DNA of 64,000 nucleotides from Nitrospirales bacterium (GCA_965223295.1 CBDCWC010000002.1:864001-928000), one strand, 5' to 3'. Shown: positions 1 to 10,464, counted from the stretch's first letter. A program made the numbers and translations. Notes: generated by a model not told the origin, from the letters alone.

Positions 1-4
1 AAAA

Positions 5-1468
5 CTAGGTCGAAGGGGGATACAGGAGCGTTTTCAAGAATATCTTCGTAGCTGGCGGCCAATTGTCATCATAGAAACGACGGATTTTGTCAGCCTCATA
101 ATGAAACTCAGTTCCGAATTCACGGCACCTAGAGTACGCCAATAGAGCAAACACCAATCGCTCAGGATTCACGGTGTGCCCCAAGGGTTTGCCGACTGTC
201 TTCCGTTCACGGGCATAATCAATCATCATCCTCACCATGTCTTGGGGAATGGGGGCTTCATCGCTCTCGTTAATGATGGACATCATTGTCTGCTGATCTT
301 TATCAGGAGGACCGGAGACATCTTCCAGGAGATCGTCGAGATAAGAGAATATGGTGACAGGATTAGAAACAAGGCTGGTCTTGATCTTCTGAGTGAGGGG
401 GCCACGTGGAACTTTGCGGCTGGATTTCTTGTGCCCCTCACATTCCGGAGAAGATGATTCTGGGAAATCGAACTGAGATGGGTCATGAACGGCTTGAAGG
501 AACCGGCCGATTTTTTCCACAAAGACTGAGAGGTTTCTCGGAGCAGTTTCCCATTTCCAAAAACGCTTCTTATTTGGACCACTGATGTCCAGTTGTGTAG
601 GAGGGCAGTGAAATATTTGACCGACTGCGATACACAAAGATTCATATTCGTCCAACATTTTTCTATACGTTGCCACCTCATATACTTCATCCCCATCATC
701 AACATCTTGAGTTTTCTCCGATGGCCGATGGCAGTCCGGCCTCATGACCTTTTTCTCGAGGATATACCCTGGAAGAAAGACACCGACCTGGGCTTTGCAG
801 AGGTGCAGTAACGCATCTTGTGCCTGACCCCGTGCTTGGGTCGTAATGAACATGGGATTGTAAGCCGCGCCCTGTTCCTCTCGAGTCAGGAGATGAGGCA
901 TCGCATTCTTGGACTCTGTGAAACTTTCTACCGTTTCCATGCGACTCATCCGATAGAAATGCCAGATTTGGTCAAAGACAAGCGGATGTCCCATCAGCAT
1001 GGCCGATGACTCCAACGCCTTCCGCAAATCTTCGAGGTGCAGCTGCTGGAGAAACTGCGTGAAATAGGACCAGGCTTCTTCGTCGGGTGGATAGCCGGGC
1101 CATGCGAGTGCGCTTTCCTCATTAGATTTGAGTAAAACTTGATGCGCTTCCCACACACTGGGCGCATAGAAGTCTTCAGGGAGTGTGGTCTGGAAATCAA
1201 GCAGTGGCTTCGATGGGACGTCGTGCTTCACTTTAGATGGAGACGCAGTCGACTTTGAAGTACGACCCGATTTTTTTATCGGTGATTTTTTCAAGGTCGT
1301 CCTGTTCGTTGGCATAACTCTGCCTAGCTCTCTATGGGTAATCCATTCAGAGAATGTTATTGGCCTTATATTATTAAGACACAAACCCGGCATAACGACA
1401 AGCCAGGATTTTTGTGCCCAGAAAAACCATTGAACAAGGCCCCCTCCCTCTCTACTCGGGCGATCCAT
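5..1468 (-). CDS. Hypothetical protein (island cargo); likely start is ATG at 1315 (MPTNRTT...)
   Basis: 487-codon open frame; no family motif recognised. Confidence 0.6.
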   Translation of the reverse strand: MDRPSREGGGLVQWFFWAQKSWLVVMPGLCLNNIRPITFSEWITHRELGRVMPTNRTTLKKSPIKKSGRTSKSTASPSKVKHDVPSKPLLDFQTTLPEDFYAPSVWEAHQVLLKSNEESALAWPGYPPDEEAWSYFTQFLQQLHLEDLRKALESSAMLMGHPLVFDQIWHFYRMSRMETVESFTESKNAMPHLLTREEQGAAYNPMFITTQARGQAQDALLHLCKAQVGVFLPGYILEKKVMRPDCHRPSEKTQDVDDGDEVYEVATYRKMLDEYESLCIAVGQIFHCPPTQLDISGPNKKRFWKWETAPRNLSVFVEKIGRFLQAVHDPSQFDFPESSSPECEGHKKSSRKVPRGPLTQKIKTSLVSNPVTIFSYLDDLLEDVSGPPDKDQQTMMSIINESDEAPIPQDMVRMMIDYARERKTVGKPLGHTVNPERLVFALLAYSRCREFGTEFHYEADKIRRFYDDNWPPATKIFLKTLLYPPST

Positions 1469-1832
1469 GTGGCGTTCCAGAGGCCCGATTGAAAGGAGAA
1501 GCCAGAGCCGAAGAGAAACACTATAGGGATAACTCTATAGAGAGATATGTGTAGGGGGGCACACCCTGGAAGCAGAAGGGCGAGGTGAGGTAAAGGATCG
1601 ATACAGGATGGGTTGGAGGTTGGGCCTCCTCAATCAGGAGGACAGATGGGGTCAGAACGATCAGAGAATGGCTACGGGATGAGTGGGCACTGGATGGTGA
1701 AGAGGGAGCAGCTAGAGAAGAGAACCCCTAGCCAGAAGACAAAGTCTCTCTGTGGAGACAGGATGGGGATGGGAATTTTGAGGTGCCCAGAAATCTAGGA
1801 TCGAACGCAGGACATACAAGAATTTACACCCT

Positions 1833-1873
1833 TGATCTTCCCACAGAGTGCCGGACACTAAGTTAAGAATTAT
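1833..1873 (+). repeat. Orphan IS3-type terminal inverted repeat
   Basis: TGATCTTCCCacagagtgcCGGACACtaAGTTAAGAATTAT aligns with the IS left end at 1916 (TGATCTTCCCctggaatatCGGACACcgAGTTAAGAATTAT). Confidence 0.75.
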
Positions 1874-1981
1874 GAACTTGAATCGATAGCCATTCTAAGG
1901 CATCCCGCTTATGCTTGATCTTCCCCTGGAATATCGGACACCGAGTTAAGAATTATATAATAATTCGAAACGAGGTGTTGA

Positions 1982-2278
1982 ATGAAGCGAACACGCAGGT
2001 ATCACAGTCGGGAATTTAAGCAAGAAGCGGTCGCGTTGGTGATGGAGCAGGGCTACAGTTGTGCGGCCGCTGGTCGGAGTATAGGTGTGAGTGGTGCGTT
2101 GATTGGGCGGTGGAAGGACGAACTGGAAACCCATAAGGCGGGAGCCTTTCCCGGACAAGGAAAACGCACCGCTGAGCAACAGCGGATCCATGAGCTCGAA
2201 GCCGAGAACCGTCGTCTTCGGATGGAGCGAGAGATCTTAAAAAAAGCCACGGCCTTCTTTGCCAAGGAAAGCGCATGA
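1982..2278 (+). CDS. IS3 transposase OrfA (HTH_Tnp_1)
   Basis: RRYHSREFKQEAV...ELEAENRRLRMEREILKKATAFFA; A7G slippery run at 2239-2246 for a -1 frameshift into OrfB. Confidence 0.95.
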   Translation: MKRTRRYHSREFKQEAVALVMEQGYSCAAAGRSIGVSGALIGRWKDELETHKAGAFPGQGKRTAEQQRIHELEAENRRLRMEREILKKATAFFAKESA

Positions 2279-3129
2279 GGTATCAATTTATTGATAAGCA
2301 GAAGAAGGCCTGGCCCGTCACTCTCATGTGTGGCGTTCTGAACGTCTCTCGAAGTGGCTATTATGATTGGAGCGCCCGGGGCCAGAGGCAGCACGTGAGC
2401 TCGAACTATACCCTAGATAAACGGATACGCGAGATCTTTGCTGAGCATCGCCAACGGTATGGCGTGCCACGGATTACGAAGACCTTACACCATGAGGGCC
2501 TCAGGTGTAGCGAGAATCGCATTGCTCGAAGAATGCGGGCACTGGGGCTAAAAGCGATTCAGACAAAGAAATTTAAAACCACGACCGACTCGAAGCACTC
2601 AAAACCAGTCGCACTCGACCTGCTCAGGCAAGACTTTCGCGCTGAGACTCCGAACCAGAAATGGACCAGTGATATCACCTATGTCTGGACGAACGAGGGG
2701 TGGCTCTATCTTGCGGTGGTGATGGATTTGTATTCACGAGCAATTGTGGGATGGTCGATGAACCGACGAATGACGCAACAACTGGTGTGTGATGCCCTGA
2801 GCATGGCCTTGGGCCGTCGGGACTTCCCAAAGGGCACTATTCTCCACTCTGATCGTGGCAGCCAGTATTGCTCAAAACGCTATCAGCGATTGATTGAGAA
2901 CAATCAGTTGCGTTGTAGCATGGGGCGAAGGGCGACCTGCTACGATAATGCCGTCACAGAAAGTTTCTTTCACACGCTGAAAGTCGAACTCGTTCATCGA
3001 ATGCGATACACGACGCGACGCATGGCGAAAGTCAGTATTTTTGAGTACATTGAAACGTATTACAATCGGCAGAGAAGGCATTCGGCTATCGGACATCAGA
3101 TCCCGATAGTATTTGAACAGGCAGCTTAA
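2275..3129 (+). CDS. IS3 transposase OrfB (DDE/rve integrase core)
   Basis: WTSDITY, HSDRGSQY, DNAVTESFF motifs; -1 frame relative to OrfA; ATGA overlap. Confidence 0.95.
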   Translation: MRYQFIDKQKKAWPVTLMCGVLNVSRSGYYDWSARGQRQHVSSNYTLDKRIREIFAEHRQRYGVPRITKTLHHEGLRCSENRIARRMRALGLKAIQTKKFKTTTDSKHSKPVALDLLRQDFRAETPNQKWTSDITYVWTNEGWLYLAVVMDLYSRAIVGWSMNRRMTQQLVCDALSMALGRRDFPKGTILHSDRGSQYCSKRYQRLIENNQLRCSMGRRATCYDNAVTESFFHTLKVELVHRMRYTTRRMAKVSIFEYIETYYNRQRRHSAIGHQIPIVFEQAA

Positions 3130-3274
3130 CTCGGTGTCCGGTGCCGTGGGGGAAGATCAGCTGAACATTTTAGCAGTTTCACTACGACGTAGTGATTCGC
3201 AAGGTTAGGCCGAAACCGTCGATAAGTAAGTTAAAGAAGACGTGAATGGGAAAGGCTTTTAAGAACTTAGAGAA

Positions 3275-4435
3275 ATGAAGATGGGAAATACTGGGGAAAA
3301 AATTAACTGCAAATTTTGTGGGGCTTTGGTGATTCCTGAGAATTCACAAGGGGAGTGGGAATTTTGCAACTATGATATTTGTTACAAAAATTTCCATGCC
3401 ACAGATCAAGAACCGACTGGAGATTTCCTACAGGAAATATCTGTGGAATATGAAAAAAAAACTACCAAAGAATTTTTTACTATTTCAGTCTGGTTGATTG
3501 TCGTTACTGTGGTATGCCTGGCCCTTGGTAGCTTTATCGAGTTCCTGATACCTATCGCGCTACTAGCAGGTTTCTCCGTTATTCTTTTCGTACCAAAAAC
3601 CATCTTTCATGGTTCAACCGTGTTGGCCTCACTGCTGTCGGTTAGAGGGAGCCAAATCTTTCAAACTACACTGTGCCTTATTATTCCCCTGACCCTAAGC
3701 TATTGGTTTCTCAAAGACGTGCCATCATTAGATCTTAGAAATATGTCAAGCCAGCTTATTTCTCCAGGATTTCTCCTATTTCTTGGATTGCTTGTGGGAG
3801 TTGGATGGGGTGCTAGTACATTTTTGGATCGGACCTACCCCTTTCGAGGATTTCTAATTGCGAGTGGCATATTATTCATAATATTTTTTATGAATCTCTC
3901 AGGTTACGAGTCTTCTGAGCGATCTCAGCCAAATCCTGCCCTGACGGCACTCCCTGGGACCCGAAAGTCGGATATTCCGCCAGTGCAACCACGCGTTTTC
4001 ACTGACGAAGAAAACATTCAGTACTATGCGAAATTAAATTGCCTTTGGGTGTATTACGTTGTTTCCGTTCTTGTCATTCATGTAAGCATGTTAATGAGAT
4101 TCGTGAGAATTAAACGGTCTCTAATACCAATCCACCTTCAAGTCAAAATGATTTGGGCAATTGTTCTACTTCTTTACGGAACCTGGTACGGCATTGAACA
4201 GTATAGGGCATCATTTTACCCTGGGCATAATGATGGAGTGTCAGAAATGATTGATGCTTGTCAAAAACATACGGGAGAAACATTGGAATCCTGTGGAGAG
4301 GTTGTCCGTTTATTGTACGGTCTAGAGCACTTTTTAATTGAATGTGATTCAGCTAAAGGTTGTAGCCCCGAGGTAGATGAAAAAAAGTATCGCACACTCA
4401 TGGCAGAGTATCAAGAAACCTATCTTGGTTGGTAA
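3275..4435 (+). CDS. Hypothetical polytopic membrane protein with an N-terminal Cys cluster
   Basis: 386-aa ORF with several hydrophobic segments; CKFC...C...C near the N-terminus. Confidence 0.7.
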   Translation: MKMGNTGEKINCKFCGALVIPENSQGEWEFCNYDICYKNFHATDQEPTGDFLQEISVEYEKKTTKEFFTISVWLIVVTVVCLALGSFIEFLIPIALLAGFSVILFVPKTIFHGSTVLASLLSVRGSQIFQTTLCLIIPLTLSYWFLKDVPSLDLRNMSSQLISPGFLLFLGLLVGVGWGASTFLDRTYPFRGFLIASGILFIIFFMNLSGYESSERSQPNPALTALPGTRKSDIPPVQPRVFTDEENIQYYAKLNCLWVYYVVSVLVIHVSMLMRFVRIKRSLIPIHLQVKMIWAIVLLLYGTWYGIEQYRASFYPGHNDGVSEMIDACQKHTGETLESCGEVVRLLYGLEHFLIECDSAKGCSPEVDEKKYRTLMAEYQETYLGW

Positions 4436-4551
4436 AAGAATTAGGATGATAAATCCACAGACCTATACGCGGGATAAATCGTAAACCGACTAACTACGTG
4501 ACCACCATACTCCGTTCCCGCACGCGCACATAGCCCCGAATGGGAGACGGC

Positions 4552-4902
4552 TCAGGGAAGCGAAAAGGATATCCTCAAAAACATTGGTTTTGGGGAACGT
4601 ATTTTTGTGGGAAAAGGGGCAGTTGGACTGACGAGGCCTATGTGGTCCGCAATCATGTATTGTCTCAACATGATTACTATGCCCATTGTGAGGGACCCAT
4701 TTGAGTCCTGGAGGATGGCTTCTACAAGGGTGGCATCAGGAAGAAAATGGCGGATTTGATGGCCGATGGGAAGCTTTATTTCACGACTAAGGCCATATGA
4801 ATCTCCTGGGGCATTTTGCCAGACAGCTCTACCTTTGATCTGTCCTATTTTTGGGAAGCTTACATCTGGAGAAAGGGATGCATAAGGACAATATCCTGCC
4901 AA
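4552..4902 (-). CDS. Possible hypothetical protein or gene remnant
   Basis: 116-codon ORF co-oriented with neighbours; no motif recognised. Confidence 0.3.
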   Translation of the reverse strand: MAGYCPYASLSPDVSFPKIGQIKGRAVWQNAPGDSYGLSREIKLPIGHQIRHFLPDATLVEAILQDSNGSLTMGIVIMLRQYMIADHIGLVSPTAPFPTKIRSPKPMFLRISFSLP

Positions 4903-4967
4903 GGTACATCCTGCATCTTGGGCTTCCTGTACGAAGTCGGCGACACACCTTGGAAGAGATATTGGTT

Positions 4968-5171
4968 TTAAGTGCTCCCCTGTCTTTTAAACACCAGCCA
5001 TATTAGGATACTTCCCACGCTCATTCCTGCAAGAGAAAAGACAGCGATAGGAATATTGAGACTCCCTGGAGCTTGCAGATTTTCTAAGCCCATATAGCCC
5101 CCCAGAATAAGCAGAAGTACGCCCACGAGGAGACCGAGGGCTCTTAGGAGAATGGAGAGAAAATATTTCAC
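4968..5171 (-). CDS. Small two-TM membrane protein
   Basis: 67 aa with two hydrophobic helices; starts 35 bp downstream of the SLOG gene. Confidence 0.55.
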   Translation of the reverse strand: MKYFLSILLRALGLLVGVLLLILGGYMGLENLQAPGSLNIPIAVFSLAGMSVGSILIWLVFKRQGST

Positions 5172-5205
5172 ACTATAGAGACCAAGTGAAACATCACAAA
5201 TCCTT

Positions 5206-5763
5206 TCAATCCCTCTTTGTGCTACTGAACGACAGATCAGAGGAGGATGTAAGGTTCACATTCTGCAGCACCTCTACTATGAGATGAAACACCGCCTCTT
5301 GTATGCCTGGAGCCTCACTTTCTCGTGACCCCGCAACATTGAGAATACATCCTAATAGTGGCGGACAAGCCTCGTACTCATCATAGTCGTTTAGCTCTTC
5401 ATCACCCGCTAACCACAACATGATTTTCTTGATGGCTTGTTTGGGTAAAGTCCGTCGTAAATCCACTTCATGATAAGGCTTCTCTAGATGATGTGCATAG
5501 GCGATGGTCTTGAGTGATCCGCCTATTGGAGGACCATAGGTAAAGATGATGGTGGCATCAGAGTCAAACACATTGGCTTTGGTGCGAGGCAAGTATTCGG
5601 GGGAGGCCATCTCCTTGAGGTGATACTGGGTAGGAATGATCCCATCCTCGGCGATACGTCCCTTCGGACACCAACCTCCATGGGGTAACCCGCAGTGAAT
5701 CGCCGCATCAAGACCACCACGGTCTGCGCCTGTTTGGCCGCCTGAAATAAGCTTGATGATCAT
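5206..5763 (-). CDS. Putative molybdenum-carrier / SLOG-superfamily nucleotide-binding protein
   Basis: ISGGQTGADRGGLD, GGWCPKGR.AEDG, RT..NV.DSDAT, LNVAGSRES motifs; AGGAG RBS. Confidence 0.85.
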   Translation of the reverse strand: MIIKLISGGQTGADRGGLDAAIHCGLPHGGWCPKGRIAEDGIIPTQYHLKEMASPEYLPRTKANVFDSDATIIFTYGPPIGGSLKTIAYAHHLEKPYHEVDLRRTLPKQAIKKIMLWLAGDEELNDYDEYEACPPLLGCILNVAGSRESEAPGIQEAVFHLIVEVLQNVNLTSSSDLSFSSTKRD

Positions 5764-6119
5764 GGATATCTCCTTTTAAGCCGTTGAGCTAGGATCAAAC
5801 GATATAGGTAGATGGAACAGTCACAACATACAAAATCTCGGCAATTAAAGGAATGTTTAGTAAAAGAGGCGTGACGAAGGTGGGACGAGTGACAGAATAA
5901 AGTATCCGGCAATAACGTATTCGTACTCTGGTGGCCTTAGTTCAATTAGCGCATTGGGAAAAAACAAAAATGGTGGAGAAACTATCCCTGAAATAACTTT
6001 TTTCAATGAAGGCTCGAAGGCAAGCTAACGGGAATTTTCAAGTTAAAGTCTAAACGGATTCCCAGCAAGCCACCCTTGTCGAAAAAAAGAAGAAATCCAA
6101 GTTTTGGTTTTTCCAGAAT

Positions 6120-8615
6120 TTATGGCAAATCAATCTTTGAGATATACTTTTCCCCTTTGGGAAGAGGTTGTCCGGCCTTTACAAAGCTCCTAAAGTCCTT
6201 TAATTTTGGTCCGTTTCTGAATAAAACGTATCCATCACAGAGAGTGTATAAAGTGAACATCGCTGAATAATATCCCTGATGAAGAATACAGGCGGTATTG
6301 TTTAACCCTAAGGGTTTTAGAGTAGTAGAAACATTGGCCGCCCCTAACCAACCCCAAGTTGCATCCAGGGTTAAGCCAAACATTTTGTTTTCAGCGGCCT
6401 CTCGTCGAGATTTTATTTCTTTCATGATGTTCTTAAATACTTCTATCAGTTTGAGGAGATCACCCCCAACATTTTCTATATCTTGATTTTCTGGCAGGAG
6501 TTTGAGTTCTTCGTCTGAAAAGGGCCTTATCTTGTACATGTCATTTTCCGGAAGATGTTGGCGGGCAAGTGCCTTCCATTCATTCAATCTGGTTTCAAGT
6601 CGTGCTAATTCTTTTCGATGCTTTTGTTTATGTTCGGCAATATTGTCGAGAGCGACCGTGATGGCCTGGCGGTCATCTTCAGAAATCTGGACGTCCGCCA
6701 TCAACTTGTGTTCCCCTTGGTAACATACTTCGAGGGCACGAAAGTATTGAGCCTTGGTCGGTTTACCTGAGACAGGAAAGCGGTTTCGTACAGCAAGCTC
6801 CTGCAAACGGGTTTCTCTACTCTGGTCCTGTGAGATAAGCTGGGACATTTCAGGCGGATCAGAAAATCTGTGGTAAATGTCAATCACATAGTGTGGTAAA
6901 TCAACGGGTGAATCCGAAATTGAGACAATTCCTCCTTTATAGGACAACTGTTTCAGAAAATCCTTGGTAAGAGTCAATAAATGTTGGGCATAGGGGATGT
7001 CATACATAACAGAAGCCGGCTTCATTAAATTCCATATCAGAGCCAATGGACATCGTGTGGCTATGGGATTAAGTCGGAAGGGATCAGAACAATTAATAAT
7101 AATAACTTCGGTATTTTCCTCATGGCTCATCGTCGCTAACTCGAGGGCCTTAACATAATGCTCCTGGGATTTGTCGGTATCCTGGATGCTGAGGAGACAG
7201 TTGATGAATTGTGTCAATTCCGTAGCTAAATAGAGAGTACGGGTTTGTAAAGGTTCAGGAATACTTTCTTGAGAATTCCATTTTTTTAAAATTTCTTTAC
7301 TGTCTCTATAAAGATACCGAAATTTAGTTTGAAGATAATCGAATTCGTCTCGAATACTTTGATTCCCTAACACTACAGCATCATGCAAGGAAAGAGCCTC
7401 AAGAGTATATTTGATATTCATCAGTAGTAAAGGCAGCTGATAGGGCAGTTTTTCTTCATACATTTTTCTTACCCAAAGTAATGAACGTATTTGTGACATC
7501 AGCCTATCTTGGGAAATTCCAATTTCACTAGATTGCAAATCCAGTTTCTCTAATATTTCTGTACTCTCTCTAAACCAGGAAAATCCGGTATTGTCGAAGA
7601 CCCCACCGTCGATGAGAGCAAGGTCGACAAGTTTTTCCCCAGGCAAGAACAGATCTTTATTCGCAATCTCCTGTGAACCCCTGTATACCGTCGACATGTC
7701 AAATGCTTCCGGTCTAAACACTCTTGCAGGAAAGGCAAAAGGAAAATTGGCTGACGCCTGAACAGCATCACACACCCGCAACTCACGAGGTTTCCCAACC
7801 CCAAAGTAATGGCTAAAGACAAATTCTTCGCTCATGTAGAAATGACGCTTAACTTGAAGCTGCGTCGCGCAAAAGATATGCCGAATTTCGGGCGAATCCA
7901 GATTGTTATGTTTCTCATTGTTCGCCCTATTCTTCCTCTGAAGAAAGACTAAAGCATTAGTCTGTGTTCCTGCTTGGTGTGACTGGACAGAAATCATTGT
8001 GCCAAATACATAGGCAACCACATGAGGGGCATACGAATACCCTATGGCGGTTGTAAGAAGTAGTAGGGCTCCACCTAGAACGTAAAAATTGACAACGGCA
8101 GCAACCCCAGCGATTATCCCAAAAGTCACCAGGCCGACATAGGTCCACCAGATTCTTGAGCCCCACAGTGTCCCTTGACTTAGAGGCCCAACGATCCATG
8201 CCAAAATACAAAAGCAGGCAACAAATACAACTACTCGATTGTTCCAAGACCAGTTAGGCATTTCTAAATATTCAGGAACTATCCAAATGACGAAGTAACT
8301 CAAAAAATAGATGCAAACTGTGAAGGTCCACCAACCAGGCCTCCCAGCAATTTGTTTTGAAAACTCAGCCAGGTCGGTTTCAAATTTGTGTTTTTCGGAA
8401 TTAGATTTTAGTTGACTGAACGACTTTGGAAGAAGCGAAAGCCAAGCGTTGGTGATCGACCCTCCTGATACGGACGTAATCAGGCGCACGTCTTGGTTAC
8501 GGGTAGAATGAATTAGGTATAGCAAGGCACCAAACGCAAAAACGGTAGCACGGTGCCCACCACCAGATAATGCTAGGGAGAGGGTCTTTACGTTACTGAG
8601 AGGGTTTTTGTTCAT
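6120..8615 (-). CDS. Patatin-like phospholipase with a transmembrane insert and C-terminal helical/coiled-coil region
   Basis: LALSGGGHRA oxyanion motif, TSVSGGS nucleophile elbow, ASANFP, LIDGGVFDN; several TM helices after the catalytic Ser. Confidence 0.85.
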   Translation of the reverse strand: MNKNPLSNVKTLSLALSGGGHRATVFAFGALLYLIHSTRNQDVRLITSVSGGSITNAWLSLLPKSFSQLKSNSEKHKFETDLAEFSKQIAGRPGWWTFTVCIYFLSYFVIWIVPEYLEMPNWSWNNRVVVFVACFCILAWIVGPLSQGTLWGSRIWWTYVGLVTFGIIAGVAAVVNFYVLGGALLLLTTAIGYSYAPHVVAYVFGTMISVQSHQAGTQTNALVFLQRKNRANNEKHNNLDSPEIRHIFCATQLQVKRHFYMSEEFVFSHYFGVGKPRELRVCDAVQASANFPFAFPARVFRPEAFDMSTVYRGSQEIANKDLFLPGEKLVDLALIDGGVFDNTGFSWFRESTEILEKLDLQSSEIGISQDRLMSQIRSLLWVRKMYEEKLPYQLPLLLMNIKYTLEALSLHDAVVLGNQSIRDEFDYLQTKFRYLYRDSKEILKKWNSQESIPEPLQTRTLYLATELTQFINCLLSIQDTDKSQEHYVKALELATMSHEENTEVIIINCSDPFRLNPIATRCPLALIWNLMKPASVMYDIPYAQHLLTLTKDFLKQLSYKGGIVSISDSPVDLPHYVIDIYHRFSDPPEMSQLISQDQSRETRLQELAVRNRFPVSGKPTKAQYFRALEVCYQGEHKLMADVQISEDDRQAITVALDNIAEHKQKHRKELARLETRLNEWKALARQHLPENDMYKIRPFSDEELKLLPENQDIENVGGDLLKLIEVFKNIMKEIKSRREAAENKMFGLTLDATWGWLGAANVSTTLKPLGLNNTACILHQGYYSAMFTLYTLCDGYVLFRNGPKLKDFRSFVKAGQPLPKGEKYISKIDLP

Positions 8616-8693
8616 ACAACCTAGGGGACCTCAAGGGGGGCTAGCTTAACTAGCTAAGAAGACTCTAGAGTAATATTAAATATTTTGAATAAA

Positions 8694-8709
8694 AGCAAGA
8701 CAAGAGCCT
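8694..8709 (-). promoter_or_regulatory. Possible sigma-54 promoter for the patatin gene
   Basis: aGGCTCttgtcTTGCt has GG-N10-GC spacing ~80 bp upstream of the ATG; deviates from the TGGCAC consensus. Confidence 0.3.
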
Positions 8710-9293
8710 TCTTTTTAATGGATGTATTTCAATCGTCTTTTTCTTAATTTACTTGAGGGTATATTCACCGCTGCTTGCAGCATAAATCATTACTCGCGTA
8801 ATCGATTACATTCATAATACCCCGTTCGGTCGCGGCCGGATCATCTATTAAAAAAGCTAACAATTGTTGTTTTCCTGAGAAGCGTTAATCCAGAGGCACG
8901 GTAAATCAGTGGTATGCATAACCGTCTCCAGTACTATTTTCACTTTTCATAAAAAACATCAACAAACCACAAATTAGAATAGAGGCTTAGAGTCAGAGTA
9001 AATCGGCAAGGAAAGGAAAAGTATGCTTCCTAAGTTAGCAGGCGAGGTAAAAAATTCGTGCGTAGTAATGAGGCCTTTCTATTCGAGTAATTGTGCGAGA
9101 AACTCCAGTGCATACATGGTATCAATGGACATATTGCAGAGATTCAGAAACGCTTGGCGGTCGAGGGCGTCATCAGACATACACGAAGTCTATAGAAATG
9201 CCGATGAAAATTACAACGGACTCACCTTCAGTTGACGAGTCGAAGCTTTTCCACTCCCCACCTCTATTCCTCGGGATGGTAAGGGTTTCGTTT

Positions 9294-9599
9294 CTATGGT
9301 CGTGCAAATCCTAGTCGTACAAACCGATCGGGTGAGCCCCCTAGCTTAATAGCATAGGCTAAAGCATCCGCTTTGGAGATCGGCTCGATACCCTCTCCAG
9401 GAATCGCCCCCTGTGAGGTTTGTTTCGCCCATCGTGAGAGGGCGCCTCCCTTTCCAGCCAGGAAAAACACACCTTGGTAACTTCGATACATATCCGTCTG
9501 ATGCCACCGTGGACTGCTCGGAGGAAACGGACAGGGAATCTTCACTACCCAATTTGTTGTTCGGTAACGATAGGTTTTACTCTTGATGGGTGGTTTCAT
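9294..9599 (-). CDS. Hypothetical protein, phage/mobile-element-like
   Basis: YRSYQGVFFLAGKGGALSRWA resembles small phage proteins (from memory); ATGA overlap with the upstream gene. Confidence 0.6.
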   Translation of the reverse strand: MKPPIKSKTYRYRTTNWVVKIPCPFPPSSPRWHQTDMYRSYQGVFFLAGKGGALSRWAKQTSQGAIPGEGIEPISKADALAYAIKLGGSPDRFVRLGFARP

Positions 9600-9973
9600 G
9601 GAGAGGTCGCGTTACACACCTTCGTCTGCCAGGCTTGACGATCACGCACTTCTTGTTGGTAATCCTGGACCCGATGAGTCGCCTCAACGGTGTGCGTCAT
9701 GATAGTGGGTAGGTTCTTGCGAGCCTGGGCACAGCGTCGCGCACGGTGGAGCGACACCAACCCTCCTGGACGACACACTTCTAGTTCGGCCCGAACCATC
9801 TGTTCTTGACGTTGTATGACCCGCTGCTCTTGTTGTGCGGCTTTCAACGCTATCTGAGCTTTGATCAATTTTTCTTCCGCCATCTCACAAGAATGATACG
9901 CGACGGGCATCGCAGCTACAGGCGAGGTACACACGAGGAGACCGAGCATAGTAAGGAGCACGGAGCGTGACAT
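9596..9973 (-). CDS. Exported helical hypothetical protein
   Basis: Signal peptide (SPVAA cleavage), Cys residues, coiled-coil-like body. Confidence 0.6.
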   Translation of the reverse strand: MSRSVLLTMLGLLVCTSPVAAMPVAYHSCEMAEEKLIKAQIALKAAQQEQRVIQRQEQMVRAELEVCRPGGLVSLHRARRCAQARKNLPTIMTHTVEATHRVQDYQQEVRDRQAWQTKVCNATSP

Positions 9974-10438
9974 GAGGCTTTCCAGTACACTGAGCTGATC
10001 AATTGGTTCTCCTCTCTAGCTTACGAGATCAGTTGAAACAGCGACTATGCCTCAGAAGATGGGCAGGACATGGGTTCCCCTGTTACCTGAGGCTGGAAAC
10101 TCTCCATTTGGGGGATAGGCGTGAGTCTAAAAGTTTGCGAGAATGTGCTGGTATAGTTGCTTTCTTAATAATCCCGGCCTCTGAGGGAATGGTCCTTCAG
10201 GGGCCGTGGTGTTTCTAAAGCAGATTCCATGAGTCCCGCGTTTCATGTGTGCTGTCTCTACATCTGTTGATTCATCATCTTCTTGAGATAATTCTTTATC
10301 GAGTTGAGAGGAAAGTCGATGTGCTACCTGGCACAAAGAAACTATGGGATTGAAGTGTCTGAGAGAATTTGCTCTTATTATGTTCGCAAGGAAACTGCTG
10401 GAACAGTGAGCGTAGCATCTAAAGAGTTTCGGACGAAC

Positions 10439-10464
10439 AACCGCCCTTGACCCAAAGCAGACAT
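10439..10464 (-). repeat. Hairpin-like site L (ATGTCTGCTTTGGGTCAAGGGCGG)
   Basis: 17/24 identity with site R at 11180, in inverted orientation. Confidence 0.5.

Larger units (their letters stand above)
1916..3159 (+). mobile_element. IS3-family insertion sequence, 1244 bp, apparently intact
   Basis: TG...CA ends; imperfect ~35-bp IRs (TGATCTTCCC...CGGACACCGAGTTAAG); 3-bp target duplication GCT at 1913-1915 and 3160-3162; OrfA and OrfB present. Confidence 0.95.

Noticed and set aside
1776-1788. TTTTGAGGTGCCC resembling a family A MITE end
   Set aside because: Only a 9-bp exact match, with no partner end and no TTAA flank.
8755-8845. Possible degenerate IS200/IS605-type or REP-like hairpins
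   Set aside because: The stems are too degenerate and no associated transposase is present.
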